64,000 nt of DNA from the NCBI RefSeq assembly GCF_009914755.1, contig NC_060931.1. One strand, written 5' to 3'. Shown here piece after piece: positions 59,056 through 64,000 of the stretch; positions within the stretch are counted from its first letter, which is position 1, and each line of letters begins with the position of its first letter. The notes below the pieces were generated by a model that ran no database searches, had not been told where the DNA came from, and saw only the letters and a program-made list of their open reading frames with translations. Source of the DNA: the human T2T-CHM13v2.0 reference genome, Homo sapiens. Made by a program: the position numbers and the translations under genes.

Positions 59056-59384
59056 TGTATGCTAATATTGGTTTTGATTATTTCCCTCAACCAAGACATG
59101 TAAAGTATAATATTAAATGACATTCTTATTTATGAATCAACAATGTTTTGGTAATATTTGAGTTTACACTATTTCACCGTTTTGGAGGGGGACACTTCTT
59201 TTTAAACATGAATGTATTTTGTTGATCAAATTTGATTTTTTGACTTTTAATATACTCCAGAACAGATAGACAGATGGCCTAAAATAGCAAATTATTAAAG
59301 TTATTTGTATATGGCTCTGAAATTAGAGACTCACACATAAACCCCCACACCTCTGGGTTTGGACAAGACCTACTTGGTACTTAC

Positions 59385-59475
59385 ACAGAATCCTTTTGCC
59401 AGTGGGTAGCTGATACGCTAGCTGGTGAGGAAGATGGGAATTATTAGATCTATGGTAGACTTGAAAGCCACATTC
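59385..59475 (-). pseudogene. candidate exon of the decayed gene
   Basis: gctctttag|G...TGT|GTAAGT; 91 nt; NVAFKSTIDLIIP, 1-nt shift, SSSPASVSATHWQKDS(V). Confidence 0.55.
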
Positions 59476-59948
59476 CTAAAGAGCATGTTGTTTGAGTGAA
59501 TTTATTTTTTGAATCTACTGACATTTAATTGCAAGCATCACTTCGTTTGTTTGATAAGTAAGTTTGTAATGCTAAATTTCAAGAAACACATGCATTATTA
59601 GGGTAATATTTAAATGCATTTTTGTTTGTTTTTGCCATGAACCACCTTGCTGAATCATACAGGAAATCATGAACGAGTAATATTTGACATGATGCTATGT
59701 AATGTTATAAAGCATTTGTATTAATTTTTTCAATCACTGACCCAGGAAATTTTAATGCCTTAAAGTAAAATTAAAGAAAAAAGTCTCAATTAAACATTTT
59801 CCTTGCTTCTCAAGTTTCTGAAGGAGCTTGTTAAGATGCTGCATTTCTGTAGGACTCTCAGTTATCTATTTGTAACTGGAGTTCTAGTAAGCAGTGCCAT
59901 TAGGGGAGGATGCTAAAAATCATATGGCCTTCTAATAGTGCCTCATAC

Positions 59949-60155
59949 TGGTAATGCAAAATATCACTTAATGTTATCTAACTACTATGGAGTTTTCAGA
60001 AAATGCATGTTTAAGGCCAGGAGTGTTCAATAAATAAAGTGTGAAATAAATAGTAGGCAGAAGGTCATATAGCCACAATCTACAAGTGAGCATGTGAATG
60101 ACATGTCACCTTCTCTCCAAAATAAAAAAAAAGGCTCCACTTGCAAAAACATATT
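59949..60155 (-). pseudogene. candidate exon, Calx-beta-like second half
   Basis: long pyrimidine tract ...ttcttttctcctctcag|AA; YVFASGAFFF...FTLYLLNTPGLKHAFSENSIVV, shift, ITLSDILHY; donor CCA|GTATGA. Confidence 0.55.
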
Positions 60156-60277
60156 CTGAGAGGAGAAAAGAACCAAAAAGAAAGGAAGAAGGAATTCCTG
60201 AGAACACTGGCTATGAAGAAAGCTGACTGCCAGCGTGCCTGAATCTACTATATGCTAACATCAACACATGGTGTTAC

Positions 60278-60382
60278 TCATATTAGCCGTAGGGGTCTGT
60301 GAATAAGATGAAAATTGGTACAGAGTGAGATGATTGCAACAATGCTAACAAATTCCTGACTTGTGTCTGACAGGTTGTGATA
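60278..60382 (-). pseudogene. candidate exon, Calx-beta-like first half
   Basis: ttggtccctcttag|TA; 105 nt, phase 1 to phase 1; SQPVRHKSGIC*HCCNHLTLYQFSSYSQTPTANM; weak donor TGA|GTAACA; 122-bp intron. Confidence 0.4.
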
Positions 60383-60424
60383 CTAAGAGGGACCAAAAGG
60401 AACTGGAACATAATTCATTTAGAG

Positions 60425-60952
60425 CAGTGGTCCCCAACCTTTGTGGCACCAGGAACTGTTTCATGGAGGACAATTTTTCATGGGGGGCTGGGGAGTTGCA
60501 CAATGGTTTTGGGATAATTCAAGCACATTACATTTATTGTGCACTTTATTTCTATTATTACATTGTAATATATAATGAAACATTTATATAATTCACCATA
60601 ATATAGAATCAGTGGGAGTCCTGAGCTTGTTTTCTTGCAACTAGATGGTCTTATCTGGGGATGCTGGGAGAGAGTGACAGATCATCAGGCATTAGATTCT
60701 CATAAGGAGGACGTAACCTAGATCCTTCACATGCACAGTTCACAATAGGGTCTGTGGTCCTGTGAAAATCTAATGCCACTGCTGACCTGACAGGAGGTGG
60801 AGCTCAGGCGGCAACACAAGGAACGAAGATAGAGAGCAGTTGCAAGTACAGATGAGGCTTTGCTTGCTCTGCCACTCACCTCCTGCTGTGTGGCCCAGTT
60901 CCTAACAGGCCACGGACTGCTATCAGTCCTGTTAGGACTGTGGCCTGTTAGG
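60425..60952 (+). mobile_element. MER1A hAT-Charlie element with rearranged right end
   Basis: cagtggtccccaacctttgtggcaccagg...attagattctcataaggag...cctaacaggccacggac. Confidence 0.85.
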
Positions 60953-61464
60953 CCTTAATGGTGTGTATCAATGATTTTTTTTTTACATATGTATAGCTAT
61001 GTGAACAAATATGGTTCATTTTATAAAATAAATTGTAATTATTAAGTGCTGAGTTGTATATATGGTTATTAGATCAAAATTGACAATGGTTTTGTTCTAA
61101 TCTTCTATAGCCTTATCATTTTTCCATTTTCCATTGGCCTTTCAAATTTTGAATATAGAAAGAAATATGATTAAAGCTCCCTTAATGATTTGGCAATTTC
61201 TCTTTGTAATTCTCTCAGTTCTAGTAATTTTAATTTCATGTATCTTTAATGTTAATAGACATACAAATTTAGGTTTAATTGCATTTTTAATTAATTGACT
61301 ATCATTGTTATTTGGTCATTTGCTTTACCTATAACAGTGAATTTGGTTTTTAAATCTATTTCCTCTCATAATAATATTGTGATATAAGCAATCTTTCTTT
61401 AGAATTAGTCTGATAAAAAATTTCTCTTCTCTTTCAAATTTTTGATGTTACTACATTTTAGTGG

Positions 61465-61889
61465 TGTAGGGAAGAAATTGCTAGCTGCTCACCAAAACCT
61501 AAGTTTACCTCTGTACATAAGTAAATGCTATATGCATATAGGCTATATTTCTTAGTTCTTTTACAGATAGACACATGTGAATAAGTCCAGCCATTACAAT
61601 GTAAGTAGATGTGATCTGTTTTCAGGTCCACAAAGTCCTTCTGCCATGTAGCATCCTTCTCTCCATGACCTTTTTCCTTCTAGTTGCTGGGGTAGAGGTA
61701 AGCCAAAGAATTACAGTGGAAATCTCATGATGAAGGTCACAGAGTTTGGATAGTCCTGAATAATTGTGAAGACAGGCTGTCTGACAAACTCTTCATCCAC
61801 ATTGTGGTGTTAGATGAGGAAGAAATAAACTTTTATTGTGTTTGAGTTATTATGTCTATATGCTGTAGCATTGAAGTTGTTCTAATACA
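61465..61889 (+). mobile_element. MLT1-type MaLR LTR
   Basis: tgtagg start; aagaaataaacttttattgtgttt...ctaataca end. Confidence 0.6.
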
Positions 61890-62529
61890 GAGATTGAAAA
61901 GGATTCCCTAAGGAGATGACAGTAAGCAGAGATTTGAAGAATGACTGGGTTGTCTTGCTTGGCTGGATGGTAGAGTCCGTAGGTGGGAATCTGTCCAGAA
62001 ATAACTTTTTGAACTTTCTAGACTTCAGTTATTTTCAAACATAAACCTCATAGTCAAGATCATCTATTTATCAATCATTGAACATGTCTGTGCTTGCTAT
62101 GTAGCCCTCTTTCCCTGATATCAAATTTCCACTTACCTTTCCAAGTGTATCTCAAATACCTCCTTTTCTATGAAGCAATTACAGTTGACCTAAAGTTTAC
62201 CTTCTTTCTATATTTTCAATTTTGACAGCTTGAACGTTTTAATAGAAAACATAATTCAGATCGAACTTCAAAAAATAAACAGAAAAAATTAGAAAAATAT
62301 TTAGTATTGTGAGTGGTAAAAAAAAAAATAGATTGTTTTCAACATATCAGCTAAAGTCAAATTGGTGCATTGCATATATTATTTCTCAACTAATATTAGT
62401 TGGTAGGATAATAAAATTAAAGTTTTGCAATTACCTGGTGAATGGCTCAGCATAGAAACACCCTAAGACTTAAGACACAGAATACATTAGCCATCCTATA
62501 TATATCTCTTCCTGAACAAACCTTCCCAC

Positions 62530-64000
62530 TAGATAATTTTTTTTAATTTTTAAAATATAACTTGAATACAATATTTTAAATGAAATAATCATTTTCTTTT
62601 CTTTGTAGTTTAACCACCTATGTATGCATATCTAAACAAGAAAACTTGGTTTTGTCTATTTTTGAACATCATATAAACCAAATCATATTATCTATATACT
62701 TTTGTGACTTGTTTTATTTAACATATTAATTGTCTTTAGCAGTTGTTTGTTCATTTTCAATGTTGTATAGCATTCTATTATATGCCATACTTTTCCTATT
62801 CTACTTTTTATGGCTATTTAGGTTATTTCCAGTTTGGAACTATTACAGTGAACACAGGAATGAACACTCTTTTACATGCCTTTTAGTGCACATGTGCAAG
62901 AGTTACTCTATGATTATACATAGGATGAGAACCACAGGGTCATAGGCTATGCATATTTTCAACCTTGATGATTACTGTTAAATGATTTTCCAAAGTGATT
63001 GTACCAAATGACACTCAAACTAGCAGCTTATGAGAGTTTGAATTGTTAAACTAAATTTTTTCAATTAGATGACTGAAATTGGTTTCATTTCCATTTTCCT
63101 AATTACTTGTGAGGTCAGGCATATTTTATAAATGTCCTCTTTTTGAAGTATTTATTAAGATCTTTTATCCATTTTCTATTGGGTCCCTAGACACTATATA
63201 TTTTTAATTCCTAGACACACACACACACACACTCATACACACACACACACACAGAGGATTATATTTTAAAAAGCATACATTTATGATATGTATACATACA
63301 TGTGTGTATATATAAATATATATATATTCCAGTTCTTAGTAAAATGCAACTATATTTTTAGTTTTGCAGTTTCTCTTATCTCTCTTGATGTATTTAACAG
63401 AAATTCTAACTTTTAAATTAGTAAGTTTAGCTTTTCCTTTTTGGTCCTATTTAAGAGTTCTTTCCCTGCTACATAGTCATGAAAGTTTTCACTTGTATTA
63501 TTTTCTAAAGGCTTTATAGCTTTGTTATTTGCATTTAGTTCTGTAATTTATCTAAAATTTGTGTGGATAGGATAAGGTAGAGATCTAATAGTTTTTGCCA
63601 TATGTATAAAAAATAACCTAATATATTTAAAAAAATGGTTCTTTCCCCAATAATCTGCAATGCTACCTTTAACAAATATTTACATTTTCATGGATTTATT
63701 TCTGGACACTGTATCCTGTTACATTGGTTTATTTTTCTATTGCTGTGCCAATAGCCATATTGTCTTAATTCCTATAGCTAATTGAGCATGTCTTTCTTCA
63801 TTTTGGCTATTTTGACCATTTGGTTTTCTATGTATATTTCAGAATATGTTTTTTAAGTTGACAAAAATTTTAAAAATTTTGATTCGGACTGTATTGAATC
63901 TGTAGATAAATTTGGGTATGTTTGGCATCACATTGAATTTTACTATCCATTTGTTTTATATCTCCCTTAGGTACTTTTTTCTTTAACATAAAAATTATTT
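62530..64000 (-). mobile_element. ancient L1M (ME-like), antisense, running off the window
   Basis: tttaggttatttccagtttgg...ttttccaaagtgattgtacc...gtattgaatctgtagataaatttgg. Confidence 0.7.

Noticed and set aside
62434-62494. Possible further upstream exon (donor CAG|GTAATT)
   Set aside because: Weak, ambiguous acceptor, stops in the compatible frame and no motif support

Overview
Hominoid, probably human, genomic DNA. It is AT-rich and dominated by interspersed repeats: L1PA/L1PB/L1M, AluS, ERV1/ERVL/MaLR LTRs, hAT MERs, MIR and L2. I see no intact cellular protein-coding gene. One recognisable pseudogene is present: a processed BUB3 copy (minus strand, 20191-21662) fused to a 3'-truncated MER39-like LTR. 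The main unexplained signal is a chain of about 9 short minus-strand segments between 36376 and 60382. They sit in repeat-free islands, have splice acceptors and donors and mostly compatible intron phases. Spliced together with stops and frameshifts corrected by eye, they give the C-terminal half of a putative single-pass membrane protein with a Calx-beta-like repeat. This is a candidate unannotated unitary pseudogene (a lost gene). The window also records several unusual retrotransposition or repair events: a twin-primed L1 nested in another inverted L1, a doubly deleted TSD-flanked L1, a tiny G-rich retroposed insert, and locally templated insertions. Repeat subfamily names come from memory of consensus sequences and are approximate.
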